Under the pieces are notes generated by a model, which did not search any database, was not told the origin of the DNA, and saw nothing but the letters and a program-made list of their open reading frames with translations. From IMG/VR virus record IMGVR_UViG_3300035670_000105, positions 26,163-90,162 of that record: a stretch of DNA of 64,000 nt. One strand, given 5' to 3'. Positions 18,843-28,489 of the stretch are shown here, piece by piece; positions within the stretch are counted from its first letter, which is position 1; every line of letters begins with the position of its first letter. The DNA is from a virus. The position numbers and the translations under genes are program-made.

Positions 18843-19588
18843 TCACTGACGCCGACTTCCAGGTTCTCGCCGCCAACAATCGCGTTCCAGCGCTTGACCT
18901 CGCTCAGGTCTTCAGTGCTGGCGAACGCCAGAAACGAATTGACAGCTGGATGACTCAGCTGGAGCAACTCGGCGTCCTGACCGGCTACGACCGCAACGTG
19001 CTTCAGCAGTGGCAAGATGCCGGCTATCCAGGTGCACGCCCCCAGCTGTCGATCGAGATCAACGCTCCCTACAGAGAACAGGACGAAGAAAAGCAACAGA
19101 CCGCTGCTCAGCGACTAATTCGACAAGAGCAGCGCATGCTTGACGAATGGCTTAGACATGGGCAATTACGCACCGAAGTAGAACAAGAACAGCGCCTGCT
19201 GCGGCACTACCCCATCTCTTATCCCGCTTTCATCCGGCGTCAACAGGAACTGGAGCAAGCTCGCAAGGAAGCACTTCGCGCCCAACTCATCGCCGACCGC
19301 GAACGTCAAAAAGCTGAACAACTGGAAAGAGAAGCGCTTGAGTCCCTCAAGCGGCAAATGGAAGAAGATCGCAGGCAGCTCACCGCAAGGGTCGAGGCTT
19401 ACGTCGAAGACCCGCTGGGCAGCACCTTCGACCTGACCGAAGGCGAGTTCACCCACTGGTGCGACGAGATCGCCACCCCTGAGCAACTGGATGCGCTCAC
19501 CAATGCCTTGGCAGCCCGTGGCCGCTACAACGCGCTGCCACCCTGGCAGCGCTGGTTGCTCACGCGCCTTGCTCCCTTACTCGCCTAG
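18839..19588 (+). CDS. Hypothetical coiled-coil protein
   Basis: ATGA overlap; Q/E/R-rich. Confidence 0.65.
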   Translation: MITDADFQVLAANNRVPALDLAQVFSAGERQKRIDSWMTQLEQLGVLTGYDRNVLQQWQDAGYPGARPQLSIEINAPYREQDEEKQQTAAQRLIRQEQRMLDEWLRHGQLRTEVEQEQRLLRHYPISYPAFIRRQQELEQARKEALRAQLIADRERQKAEQLEREALESLKRQMEEDRRQLTARVEAYVEDPLGSTFDLTEGEFTHWCDEIATPEQLDALTNALAARGRYNALPPWQRWLLTRLAPLLA

Positions 19589-20934
19589 TCGCTGCTCCCG
19601 CCCGAACCCAGCAGCTGCTGCAGTGCTGCCATCTGCAACCGCAACTGCTCCAGCTCCTGCCTCTCCCCATCAGCCAACACATCACGCCGCGCTGCGTCAA
19701 ACTGCTGCTGCTGGTGGCGGCGCATTCGACCTGGCGGCAGCCATCGCAGGTAGATGCGCTGATGCACCTCCCAGCTGTGCCCAAGCCATGCCGCTTGCTG
19801 CTCTGGATCCACGCCGGCCGTCTCAGCACTGGTGGCGCAGCGGATCGCATAGCTGTGCCGCAAGTCATACGGCCGCAGCCAATCCACACCCTCTCCCTCC
19901 GCCACTGGCGCCACCAATCGCTGCACGCCGCGCAGGGTGAACTGCTTGCGCAGGTACTGACCCAACTCAGCATTGTTCACCGGAATCATCACTCCGCCGC
20001 GCTGCTCCCATCTGATCGGCCAACGCTCCAGCAACTGGCCGCGGCGCCAGGGCCATTGCTCCGCCAGTCGGTAGCGCTGCAGCCAGCGGCCTGGCACCGG
20101 CGGCGCAAAGTGCGCCCTGGCGGATTTGGTGCGCATCTCACCCGGGATCGTCACCCATCCCCTCGCATCCACCCCCTCGATGTGCCACAGCTCATGCGGG
20201 CGGATGCCATAGGTGGCTGCCACGGCGAACACCCACTGGTTGAAGCCGTCCAACCCATCCAGCCATGCCTCGATCGCGCTGTCGCTGGGCACCAGCCGCA
20301 CCCGTAGCCCCTGGGCTGCAGCCAGTCGCACCGCCGCACCTCGCGGCCGGCGATTGCGCAGCTCGGCCAGCACTGGCGGCAGAGCCAGCTCAGGCGCAAC
20401 CCGATCGATCCAGCTGAGCACTTCCAGCCTGCGGTTGTAACTGCGCCGCTGCTCCAACGGATCCACCTGCCGGGCCCATTCACCCAGGGCCTGCGCCGAT
20501 GGCACGCCCTGGAGCTGGGCGATCCGCAGCCGCAGATCGTTGAGCAGATGCACCCGGCTGCCCTGCTTCGGGATCGCCTTGATCACCTCCGCACTCACCT
20601 GCTCCGCCAGCACCTGCCAGCTGCTGCCGCCACTGGAGCGCTGCTGAGGCCGTGGCTGCGGCCAGCCCTTCTGCTTCACCGCCAGCAGGCACAGCTCCGC
20701 CGCGGCCGTGATGTCCTCGCTGCGATCACAGCGCAGGGGGGCCAACGAGAACCGCTCCACCGTCATCCCCACCTCCATCCGCCGCACCCAGAGATGGGGC
20801 GAATCGCGGCGGCGCCACAACCGCCAGGGGCTGCCGGCCGCCTGTAACCGGCGCAGCGCCAGTAACCAGTGCGCCTCCACCTCCCCATCACCCCATCCCG
20901 CCTGTCTTGCCTGTGATGACGGATGAGACGACAT
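19585..20934 (-). CDS. int: Tyrosine integrase (cyanobacterial type)
   Basis: Catalytic set YGIRPHE, TKS, YDLRHSYAIR, LGHS..VH..IY; adjacent to attP; start approximate. Confidence 0.9.
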   Translation of the reverse strand: MSSHPSSQARQAGWGDGEVEAHWLLALRRLQAAGSPWRLWRRRDSPHLWVRRMEVGMTVERFSLAPLRCDRSEDITAAAELCLLAVKQKGWPQPRPQQRSSGGSSWQVLAEQVSAEVIKAIPKQGSRVHLLNDLRLRIAQLQGVPSAQALGEWARQVDPLEQRRSYNRRLEVLSWIDRVAPELALPPVLAELRNRRPRGAAVRLAAAQGLRVRLVPSDSAIEAWLDGLDGFNQWVFAVAATYGIRPHELWHIEGVDARGWVTIPGEMRTKSARAHFAPPVPGRWLQRYRLAEQWPWRRGQLLERWPIRWEQRGGVMIPVNNAELGQYLRKQFTLRGVQRLVAPVAEGEGVDWLRPYDLRHSYAIRCATSAETAGVDPEQQAAWLGHSWEVHQRIYLRWLPPGRMRRHQQQQFDAARRDVLADGERQELEQLRLQMAALQQLLGSGGSSD

Positions 20935-21043
20935 TCCATGCACGCTGGCGTGCACGAATCCTGCCGCATCCGGTCCATCTCTGTCCCTGTCTGTCACCCG
21001 TTGGACAGGCGGGAAGATCGGTGAGACGCCAGTGCTGGCCAAT

Positions 21044-21068
21044 AAAAAACCCCGCCGGAGCGGGGTTT
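21044..21068 (-). terminator. Intrinsic terminator downstream of the tRNA fragment
   Basis: Minus strand AAACCCCGC-TCCG-GCGGGGTTTTTT. Confidence 0.85.
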
Positions 21069-21075
21069 GTGAGAA

Positions 21076-21117
21076 TGGCTCGGGGGAGACTTGAACTCCC
21101 GACCTTGGGGTTATGAA
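21076..21117 (-). other. attP core: 3' half of tRNA-Met(CAT), anticodon loop to discriminator
   Basis: Minus strand TTCATAACCCCAAGGTCGGGAGTTCAAGTCTCCCCCGAGCCA with T-arm GGGAG-TTCAAGT-CTCCC; no 5' half upstream. Confidence 0.88.
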
Positions 21118-21198
21118 CCCATCGACAAACCCCTGAGAAACCCCTGCTATCACAGGCTTCTCCATGCACGCCCCGCAGGCTGCCGTGCACGCCGGCTC

Positions 21199-21408
21199 TC
21201 AGTTCTCCTCCAACAGCAACCGGAACACCGTCAGCAGGCAGCTCTCCAGCAGTGCCTGCTGCAGGGCAGCCAGGCTGCACTCACCGCGGCGGTAGCGGCC
21301 CAGCGCGCCCTGCACATCGAGCAGCAACACCTCAGCCACCTCAGCCCCCTGAAACCCCTGCCGCTTCACCTGCTGCCGCCAGCGCAGTGGAATGATCCGC
21401 TTCCACAT
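21199..21408 (-). CDS. Small hypothetical protein
   Basis: ATG just after the lysin stop. Confidence 0.4.
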   Translation of the reverse strand: MWKRIIPLRWRQQVKRQGFQGAEVAEVLLLDVQGALGRYRRGECSLAALQQALLESCLLTVFRLLLEEN

Positions 21409-21413
21409 CGTCC

Positions 21414-22616
21414 TCAGCCCCCATCCACCAAGAAGCGATGCACCCACATCCCGCCGCGGTTCAGATCCAGCGTGTTGCTCAGGTACACCCGGGCCGCGTC
21501 CGCAGCGCTGCTGCCTGCCACGCACGCGGCGTAGATGCACTGATCGCTGTAGAACCCATCGAAGAACTTCTCTGGACCGCGATACCGCCAGCTCTGCGCG
21601 TAGAACTCCCCCCAGGGATCCTTGACATCGAAGTCGTGACGCTTGCCGCCATCACGGCTCTTCAGTCCATCCAGCGCAATCACGTGGCCGCTCACCGTGA
21701 ACCAACCATGGGTGATCAGGAACTCACCAGCCTTCAGCCATTCACAGCACATGGCCAGCGATGCGCTGGCCTCGTAGCGGTAGGGCCTCCTGTAGCTGCG
21801 GATCACCGCGGCCATCACGCCAGGGCTGCCGGCTGAGCTGCCCTGCCGCTTAGCCTCCGCATCCAGCTTGCGGCGAATGCCCAGCACATCGGGATCGCCC
21901 ACCGCCATGCCGATCGCCGCGGCCTGACAGGTGCGGCTGTCGGGCTGGCTGATGTTCAAGGCCTTGATCGCCGTCACCCACTGCGTTCGCTCTGCCGGCT
22001 TCACCGCTGGCAAAGGTGGTGGCAGGGGGGCGTGTTGATCCATCAACGCCACGAGCTTGCTCGCGTAGGCCGGATCGGTGGCATACCCCTCCAGCACCAG
22101 CAATCGCGCCGCCTCCTTGCGATCCGCAGCGCGGTTCACCCCATGCCAGCGCTTGCCTTCGCTGCTGGTGTAATCGCGGTACCAGCGATCCACCAGATAC
22201 TTCACTGCCGCGTCCAGGCTCTCAAAGTCCTTGAACTCAGCGCGGATGGCCACCGGCTTGCCGTTCAGCACCTCTGTCGTGTTCTTCCAGGTGCCAGTGC
22301 CCTTCAGCCCGAACGGATTGTTCCTCCCTGAGAAGCTCTGGCCATGCCCGCTCTCCAGTGCCCACTGCGCTGCCACCAGCTCAGGGAACGCCGCCCCATG
22401 CCGCTGCGCCGCATGTGCGATCCCGCCCCAGCTATTACCCGCCACTTGGCTGCCACCCATCTCACCTTTGACCGGTGGCTCGGCGCGGAACATCTCCAGG
22501 AACTCCTCCTGCTGCTGCTTGCTCAGCAGTGTCCACGCCCAGTTCCACGCCGCATCCTGATGCGGCAACCGCTTCTCCCGATCTGTGTACCGCGCTGCAC
22601 TGAGAAAATCGGGCAC
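21414..22616 (-). CDS. Endolysin: GH73 glucosaminidase plus C39-like peptidase domain
   Basis: AQWALESGHG...NNPFGLKG...GYATDPAY; Q..SRTC...GHVIALDG...DPWG; GTG start 20 nt after the promoter motif. Confidence 0.88.
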   Translation of the reverse strand: MPDFLSAARYTDREKRLPHQDAAWNWAWTLLSKQQQEEFLEMFRAEPPVKGEMGGSQVAGNSWGGIAHAAQRHGAAFPELVAAQWALESGHGQSFSGRNNPFGLKGTGTWKNTTEVLNGKPVAIRAEFKDFESLDAAVKYLVDRWYRDYTSSEGKRWHGVNRAADRKEAARLLVLEGYATDPAYASKLVALMDQHAPLPPPLPAVKPAERTQWVTAIKALNISQPDSRTCQAAAIGMAVGDPDVLGIRRKLDAEAKRQGSSAGSPGVMAAVIRSYRRPYRYEASASLAMCCEWLKAGEFLITHGWFTVSGHVIALDGLKSRDGGKRHDFDVKDPWGEFYAQSWRYRGPEKFFDGFYSDQCIYAACVAGSSAADAARVYLSNTLDLNRGGMWVHRFLVDGG

Positions 22617-22636
22617 AGCATCGCCGCCAGTCCCCG

Positions 22637-22645
22637 GAGGGTATG
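22637..22645 (-). promoter_or_regulatory. CATACCCTC promoter motif
   Basis: 20 nt before the lysin GTG. Confidence 0.7.
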
Positions 22646-22693
22646 AGGGTGCCAGGGGCACCTCATGCACACTTGAGTGCTTGGGTGGTGGCG

Positions 22694-22996
22694 TCAGGGA
22701 CGGGCGTGACGCTCAGCTGTCACCCGTGGATCAAAGCGCTGCCACAAGGGGTCAAGATTCACGTTGCTCCAGTCCTCGCCAGTCAGCTCCTCCGCCAGTT
22801 GCCGCACACGGTTCTCCAACTCTGCACCACTGCATTCCCCCACCCATTGCGGGAAGTTCTGATCCAGATGCTGCAGCAGAAGTGGCGCAGCTCTCAAGAC
22901 CTGCCGCTGGACAAGCTGCTTGACCACTGGCTTGATCAGCGCTTCCACAACACCCAGCGCTGCAAGAAACCAAATCGCATCAAGAATCAAACGCAT
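22694..22996 (-). CDS. Small membrane protein (lysis module)
   Basis: N-terminal TM helix, upstream of the lysin. Confidence 0.55.
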   Translation of the reverse strand: MRLILDAIWFLAALGVVEALIKPVVKQLVQRQVLRAAPLLLQHLDQNFPQWVGECSGAELENRVRQLAEELTGEDWSNVNLDPLWQRFDPRVTAERHARP

Positions 22997-23006
22997 TGCA
23001 GTGCAC

Positions 23007-23444
23007 CTACCAGATCGACTCCAGCGCCCGCCAGTCCTTCTTGGTGAAGTCGTAGATGCCGTTCATTTGCGGCTGCATCAGGCTGTTGGCGCCAAGTGGC
23101 GCATGACCCAGGCCGAGCACGTGGCCCAACTCATGGCGGAACACCGTGGTGGAGAAGCTGCCGGTGCCGGGCATGCGAATCTCCCAGCCTTGCGAATCCC
23201 ACACTGCACTACCGGAAGTGCCAGGTGCCAGCTCACCATGATTGATGATCAGGTCGGCATCTTTGGGTTTGACGCGCTCGAACTTGATGCCCGTCAGGCG
23301 GTCGTCCACTTCGGCAATGATTTCGCGCATGAGATCGCGGTAGAGCGGCGTGTAGCTGCCCTTGGCGAAGCCATAGGTGAGCGTGTCGTTCTTGCCGAGA
23401 AACGACTGGGTGTGGTCTACCAGTTCGCGTTCAATGAGGCTCAT
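23007..23444 (-). CDS. Matrixin/M10-like zinc metalloprotease
   Basis: HELGHVLGLGH plus SLM Met-turn. Confidence 0.85.
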   Translation of the reverse strand: MSLIERELVDHTQSFLGKNDTLTYGFAKGSYTPLYRDLMREIIAEVDDRLTGIKFERVKPKDADLIINHGELAPGTSGSAVWDSQGWEIRMPGTGSFSTTVFRHELGHVLGLGHAPLGANSLMQPQMNGIYDFTKKDWRALESIW

Positions 23445-23569
23445 GGTTTGGCCTTGCGTTTGGGAGGTTTGACCGGCGGCTCAGGTTTGCCGGGTCGTTT
23501 GCTCATGCGCTCAGCAGCCTGCTGCTTGACCTTCGGATGTTTCTTGGCAGCTCTGATGTAAGGATTCAT
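23441..23569 (-). CDS. Small basic protein (42 aa, not in the ORF track)
   Basis: MNPYIRAAKKHPKVK...KPPKRKAKP; ATGA overlaps at both ends. Confidence 0.55.
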   Translation of the reverse strand: MNPYIRAAKKHPKVKQQAAERMSKRPGKPEPPVKPPKRKAKP

Positions 23570-23895
23570 GCGAGCATCTCCTGCAGGGTTGCATCATCAG
23601 GTGCCTGAGTAGCACCACCAGCGAAGATCCGACTGGGAGAGTTCACCACCACCAGGTATTGATCCCAGGCCTCAGGTGCCAGATTCAGGGTATTGACGTG
23701 CCAACCGGTCAGAGCAGTCGGCGCGGTGATGACTTCACCATCAGGGCCATACTCGCCGCCTTGGTAGATTGTGCCGATCTCGTCGATGGCATGCGTGTGG
23801 CTGCTGGTGATCAGGTTGCCGTCAGCGTCGATGAGGCCCTGCGCTGCCGCAAGAGTGCGGAACTGTTGGCGGGTGGGAAAGCGGAAACAGTACAT
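23566..23895 (-). CDS. Fibre-associated hypothetical protein
   Basis: Directly follows the fibre gene; DEIGTIY...GWHVN. Confidence 0.65.
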   Translation of the reverse strand: MYCFRFPTRQQFRTLAAAQGLIDADGNLITSSHTHAIDEIGTIYQGGEYGPDGEVITAPTALTGWHVNTLNLAPEAWDQYLVVVNSPSRIFAGGATQAPDDATLQEMLA

Positions 23896-23897
23896 GG

Positions 23898-25772
23898 CTA
23901 TTGGGTTATGGATTGCAGCGTGGAGTTGGGGAGGCGTTGAGGCCAATATGTCAAGCGGCGGATGGGGCCGTTGGTGAACGTGGCTATACCCAAGTAAGAC
24001 CCAATCCGCAGCGTGGTGATTCCAGCTGTCATAGTTGAACCGCCGGTATCGCTTCCAAAACTGCCGCCCGCAACATTGCTCGCAATGGCGGCATTATTGG
24101 ACTGGTTGGCGGCGGCGAGCTTTAGGTTTATGGCTGGGTTTAATGGTACGCCTGCTGAAGCTGCTCCATCTTGAACGCCAGCCTTCCAAGAACTAAATCC
24201 TACGCCGCTACTAAAACGCGCCTCCCATCTGTCGTTCGGCACGCCATCGTCAAACATGAAGATGCGGCCACCGTTAACGACTGACGCAACATCAGCAAAC
24301 ACCGTCCCCTCATCCTGCCGATACCACGAACTGAAATTCGCTCCAGTAATCGACACCACATCAGCCGTGCGCGTCGCGGCGGTGCCGGTGGTGGGGATGT
24401 AACTGGACGGTGGACCGGAGCCGGCTTCTAGTTGGGCGCCCCAGAGGAACAGGCCGCTGGTGCCATCACCCAGATACGCAGTGACAGAATTGACTGAGGG
24501 AAATACGGATACGCGGATTGACGTAACACTGCCCCCCACGCTGCCGGTAATGGAAGCTCTGTACCATCCATTAGATAGTGCAATAACTGCGCCTGACGAA
24601 TAAGTGCCGGTGCCAAACGCTGCTGAACCGGACACACCAGAGGCAGAGGCATATGCAGCAAATCCACTAACTCCGTCAAAGGAGTCAACGTACAACTGCA
24701 CCTGCGAACGCTCGGCAGGCTTGAAGAAGATAGAGAATGTTACAGTTGCGGCTGCAGTAATTGTTAGACTACCTTGCACTAGCCGATGCGTGTTGTTAGA
24801 TGTGTCTTCAACTAACTTGTCTGCAGTTGTTACACCATCTGGTGACACTCCAGCATTAGCTGTAGCAGAGCATCTGGTTTTCGTCCAACTCGCATTATCA
24901 AACTCCTCACTCCTGAGCAGCAAATTCGTCCGCTGCTCCTCGGGCAGCAACCCCAGGCACTCGCCCGTGAGCGGGTTGTGGTCAAACCGTGGCGCTGAGT
25001 TGATGGTGCTGGTGGTGGGGATGTATGGCCCGACTGTGCTGGCTTGCTCTAGTTGGGCGCCCCAGAGCAGCAGGCCGCTGGTCCCGTCTCCTGTGTAGTT
25101 ATTTGACACCGCATTGCGCACCATAATAAGTAACGATGCGGTGCCCGTTGTACTTGTTGCGCCGCTTTCGGTGACTACTATTCTCCACCATCCATTACCA
25201 GCGCTGAATACAGTGATAGACTGCCCGGCGACCGATCCCGCAGCTGAGCCAGTAAGTAGATCCACAGTCCATGAACCTTTTGCCGCAGCAGACCTGAACT
25301 CGATTCCTACTGTTGAACGCTCTCCTGCTTTTGCGTAGAAAGAGCCTGTATATGCTAGGCCTGCTGTGCAAGGCACCCCAGAGTTAAATACGCGATGCAG
25401 TCCCGTAGATGTATCTTCAACAATTTTGTCTGCTGTCTGCGTTCCGTTTGGCGCGGTCACTGCATCAGCTGTGGATCCACTGCCAAACGCTAGTATTCCA
25501 TTTTTTGTCCAGTACGCATTATCAAACTCCTCACTTCTGAGCAGCAGATTCGTCGTCGCGCTGCGGATCACCCCATCGGAATCCACAAACGTCCCTGTAG
25601 ACGCCCTGCTGAACGTGATCAGGTTCTGACCACTGACAGAATCGACGAGGGACTTGGATTCGGCAAAGCGCAGATCCAGCGACGGCACTGCACGCGCACG
25701 ACGCCACAGCTCATTGCGAGCCCAGGCGCCCGGTAGCAATGCACCTCGACGGCTGCTTAACGCCAGGCTCAC
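23898..25772 (-). CDS. Head/tail fibre or spike protein with a duplicated lectin-like module
   Basis: TNLLLRSEEFDNAxWTK...ADKxVEDTS...GDGTSGLxLWGAQLE...YIPTT occurs twice. Confidence 0.8.
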   Translation of the reverse strand: MSLALSSRRGALLPGAWARNELWRRARAVPSLDLRFAESKSLVDSVSGQNLITFSRASTGTFVDSDGVIRSATTNLLLRSEEFDNAYWTKNGILAFGSGSTADAVTAPNGTQTADKIVEDTSTGLHRVFNSGVPCTAGLAYTGSFYAKAGERSTVGIEFRSAAAKGSWTVDLLTGSAAGSVAGQSITVFSAGNGWWRIVVTESGATSTTGTASLLIMVRNAVSNNYTGDGTSGLLLWGAQLEQASTVGPYIPTTSTINSAPRFDHNPLTGECLGLLPEEQRTNLLLRSEEFDNASWTKTRCSATANAGVSPDGVTTADKLVEDTSNNTHRLVQGSLTITAAATVTFSIFFKPAERSQVQLYVDSFDGVSGFAAYASASGVSGSAAFGTGTYSSGAVIALSNGWYRASITGSVGGSVTSIRVSVFPSVNSVTAYLGDGTSGLFLWGAQLEAGSGPPSSYIPTTGTAATRTADVVSITGANFSSWYRQDEGTVFADVASVVNGGRIFMFDDGVPNDRWEARFSSGVGFSSWKAGVQDGAASAGVPLNPAINLKLAAANQSNNAAIASNVAGGSFGSDTGGSTMTAGITTLRIGSYLGIATFTNGPIRRLTYWPQRLPNSTLQSITQ

Positions 25773-26380
25773 AGTCCAGCCTCCAGCGCCAACACCCGCA
25801 GATCAAGCACCGTGCCGCTGGTGGGTGTGTATGCACCGCGAGTTTCCAGCTCGGCAAACAGTGACGTACTGTTCGCTGCCAACTTAACCAACGTGCCGCA
25901 GTAATCACACTGCGTCACCAGCGTGCTACCCAGATCCTGCGGTGTTGGCAGATCAATGAATCCGGCGTAGTTCGCCACTTCGCCACTCGTCAGATCAAAG
26001 GCCGCGTTATCCAGGATGGCCGTAGGGCTGGCGGTATAGAGATGCAAGCGGAAGCCCGCCATCCCGGCTGTTACGGCGCTCAGACCGATCATCAGCCGCA
26101 CGCTTTGCACCAGCGCATAGCCGCCACTGGGGCCGATATTGGGCAGCGTAATAACGGCTGAACCAGCGTTAGCTGGCGTGCCCGAGTCAGCGACGCCGAT
26201 CACATCACCAGCGGTGTAGGCCGTGGTGTTACTCGGGCGGGTGATCGCCACCGCCGCCCGGTACGCCTTGCTGTCAACCGTCAGCGACTCGCCGTCATCG
26301 CCAATCGGAATCGCCGTGCTCTGATCACCTCGCAGGGCGACAACGGCATAGCGTGTGTTGCCCCTGGTCTGCACCGCCAT
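25769..26380 (-). CDS. Putative virion structural protein
   Basis: ITRPSNTTAYTAGDVIG; own promoter motif. Confidence 0.65.
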   Translation of the reverse strand: MAVQTRGNTRYAVVALRGDQSTAIPIGDDGESLTVDSKAYRAAVAITRPSNTTAYTAGDVIGVADSGTPANAGSAVITLPNIGPSGGYALVQSVRLMIGLSAVTAGMAGFRLHLYTASPTAILDNAAFDLTSGEVANYAGFIDLPTPQDLGSTLVTQCDYCGTLVKLAANSTSLFAELETRGAYTPTSGTVLDLRVLALEAGL

Positions 26381-26405
26381 ACCACTTGCTCACGCTCACT
26401 GCCCA

Positions 26406-26414
26406 GAGGGTATG
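26406..26414 (-). promoter_or_regulatory. CATACCCTC promoter motif
   Basis: 25 nt before ATG 26380. Confidence 0.7.
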
Positions 26415-26419
26415 GATGC

Positions 26420-27115
26420 TCAGCTCTCCTCCACCCAGGCCTCATTCACCTCCGCCGTGGCTGGGTTGTCGCCGTGATACGTGCCATCGGCGTGGCGGGC
26501 CCGCTTGCGTGTCTTCACCGCAGGGCTGACCACAGGGCGGGAAGCACTGTCTTCCACAGCGGTAGCCACGGTGTCGGGATCCAGAGGCTCAGCCACCAGA
26601 CCATCAGCAGCCACCGGCTGCTCAATCGCAGTGGGCTGTGTGTCATCGGCCGGACCCTCCACCGGGGCAGTGGGGCGCACCTCGCGGGCCTCGATCCGCA
26701 GCCGGCTCACTGCCACCTGCCGCTCACCCGCCGGCACCAGCAGCTGCACCGTCAATGGACCGCCATCCAGTGGGAGTGCTGGGATTCCAAAGCGATCCTC
26801 CCGCCAGCTGCCGCCTGGCGTGATGGTTTCCGCCAGCAGTTGGTGTTCGCCCTGGTGCACCACCACATTCAGCGGCGCCGGAGTGCCGGTGCCACTGACG
26901 CGCCCCTGGCACATCCGCTGACTGCGCACCACCAGCTCGCTCGCGCTCACCGGCAGTTGATCCTCCATCGCCAGCGCCAGGCTGGCGCCACCTTCATCCC
27001 GCAGCTCCGAGCACAGGTAGGTGGCGTCATCCAACATGCCGATGTCCTGGACATCGGCCACCTCGCCGCACCATCCATCTCGATGGATCACGGCCGCTGC
27101 CTGGATGATCAGCAT
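26420..27115 (-). CDS. Hypothetical protein
   Basis: Promoter motif 23 nt upstream; C-terminal RARHADGTYHGDNPAT.EVNEAW. Confidence 0.65.
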   Translation of the reverse strand: MLIIQAAAVIHRDGWCGEVADVQDIGMLDDATYLCSELRDEGGASLALAMEDQLPVSASELVVRSQRMCQGRVSGTGTPAPLNVVVHQGEHQLLAETITPGGSWREDRFGIPALPLDGGPLTVQLLVPAGERQVAVSRLRIEAREVRPTAPVEGPADDTQPTAIEQPVAADGLVAEPLDPDTVATAVEDSASRPVVSPAVKTRKRARHADGTYHGDNPATAEVNEAWVEES

Positions 27116-27138
27116 CGCCTGCCTGTCTGCACTGGGGC

Positions 27139-27147
27139 GAGGGTATG
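27139..27147 (-). promoter_or_regulatory. CATACCCTC promoter motif
   Basis: 23 nt before ATG 27115. Confidence 0.7.
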
Positions 27148-27151
27148 GACC

Positions 27152-27457
27152 TCAGCCCCGCTCCCGCTTTGTGAAGCGGCCATGCTCATCGCGGCCAGTG
27201 GCTGGCTCGTCCTCCTTGCGCAGCGCGGGGTTGTAGGTGTTGTACCCCAGCGCATAGGCGCCGCGGCCCGTCACGCCCAACCCCATCAAGGGCATCGCCG
27301 TGAAGTAGCAGGAATCCACAGCCTCACGGCTTTGCGTCTTGCTGGAGAAGCGGCAGTCCGCCAGGTACACCACGCCGAGAATGATGGCCAGGTTGCTGGC
27401 GACGGTGAGCAGCTTGCCTGCGCCGCCCATCGCCGCCAAGGCCGTGGTCAGTTTCAC
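27152..27457 (-). CDS. Small two-TM membrane protein (holin/spanin-like)
   Basis: GTG start 22 nt after the motif; two hydrophobic segments. Confidence 0.5.
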   Translation of the reverse strand: MKLTTALAAMGGAGKLLTVASNLAIILGVVYLADCRFSSKTQSREAVDSCYFTAMPLMGLGVTGRGAYALGYNTYNPALRKEDEPATGRDEHGRFTKRERG

Positions 27458-27479
27458 GCCATCTCCAGCAGTTGCCTGT

Positions 27480-27488
27480 GAGGGTATG
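27480..27488 (-). promoter_or_regulatory. CATACCCTC promoter motif
   Basis: 22 nt before GTG 27457. Confidence 0.7.
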
Positions 27489-27495
27489 AACGGCG

Positions 27496-28236
27496 TCAGC
27501 GGGCGTTCTGCGATCCGACGCCGCCACCCCTGAGCTTCATCCACAGCCGGCGCAGCGGGCCTGGATGGATGATCCTCCGGCGCATGATCACGGCGATCTC
27601 CTCGTAGAGATCCTCCAGGAGCTTGCAGTGGGGCTCGGCGCTCACCGGCGGCTGCCGCCGTTCGCCCTGGTCGTATTGCAGCGAGAGGATACCGATCGGC
27701 AGGTTGCCCACCCGCACCAGGCGGTTATACATCCGGCCGATGTTGTTCTTGTTGAGGTGGTCCCGGCAGGGCGCCGGCAGGCTCTCCCGGTACTCCGTGA
27801 CGCTCCAGCACTCACCAGCTGGATCCAGCATCGTCTCCAGCTCCACCATGATCCGCCCGACGGGCAGATCGCGGATCGGCACTGTCATCGGCAGTCGCCC
27901 CGGGGCCGTGTAGCTGTTGATCGTCGAGAGCTTGGTGAGGTGATAGCCGCAGCTGTCGATGGCGCCGTTGTGAAAGGCCGCCAGCACCACCCGGCTGGCA
28001 TTGGTGATCACGCCAACCTGTGCCAGCAGGTTGTTGAGCATCCGCTCTTCCTCGATCGGGGCGAACACGCCATCAAGCCGTGACACCACCTTGCTCTTGA
28101 ACAGCCGATCCCATGCCAGCCAGCTCAAGGCCAGCAAGGCGATCAGCCCATCACCTGTCAGTGTCACGCTTAACCCGCCTTGCTCCTTGGCGGGTTGCGG
28201 CGGCGGCGCAACCTGCGCCTGCGTCGGACCCACCAT
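27496..28236 (-). CDS. TM plus GAF-like protein, possible T4 gpT-type holin
   Basis: N-terminal TM followed by ASRVVLAAFHNG...KLS...IGILSLQY. Confidence 0.4.
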   Translation of the reverse strand: MVGPTQAQVAPPPQPAKEQGGLSVTLTGDGLIALLALSWLAWDRLFKSKVVSRLDGVFAPIEEERMLNNLLAQVGVITNASRVVLAAFHNGAIDSCGYHLTKLSTINSYTAPGRLPMTVPIRDLPVGRIMVELETMLDPAGECWSVTEYRESLPAPCRDHLNKNNIGRMYNRLVRVGNLPIGILSLQYDQGERRQPPVSAEPHCKLLEDLYEEIAVIMRRRIIHPGPLRRLWMKLRGGGVGSQNAR

Positions 28237-28264
28237 GGCTACTCAGGTTCCCAGCTCTACGGCA

Positions 28265-28273
28265 GAGGGTATG
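28265..28273 (-). promoter_or_regulatory. CATACCCTC promoter motif
   Basis: 28 nt before ATG 28236. Confidence 0.7.
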
Positions 28274-28306
28274 GAGCGCTTCGACTGGACCGACTGCCTG
28301 CGGCCC

Positions 28307-28489
28307 TTACCCCACCTCGGCTTCCACGGTCTCGGCGGGCAACTCCTCGGCACTGGCTTCAGGCTTGATCAGCTCCACCTGCTGCAGGAATTGGCTGAGC
28401 TGGGAGGTGGCAAATTGCTGAAGCAGTCCATTGCCAGAGGCACGGGCGGCGGCGTAGCTCTCGATCAGCGCGGCGAGTTGCTCCTTCAT
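28307..28489 (-). CDS. Small hypothetical protein
   Basis: ATGA overlap. Confidence 0.55.
   Translation of the reverse strand: MKEQLAALIESYAAARASGNGLLQQFATSQLSQFLQQVELIKPEASAEELPAETVEAEVG

Larger units (their letters stand above)
20935..21191. promoter_or_regulatory. Putative integrase arm-type sites flanking the attP core
   Basis: TCCATGCACGC at 20935 and 21161, each followed by CGTGCACG (20949, 21184). Confidence 0.55.

Noticed and set aside
21076-21150. Complete tRNA-Met gene
   Set aside because: There is no D-arm or 5' acceptor strand (GGCTCGG) upstream; it is an att core fragment
20934-21165. Integrase N-terminal extension through attP (526-aa ORF)
   Set aside because: It would read through the tRNA fragment and a same-strand intrinsic terminator; a start at or after 20934 is more plausible
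23898-25772. Duplicated fibre module as a DGR template/variable pair
   Set aside because: Both copies are in frame in one gene and differ at all base types
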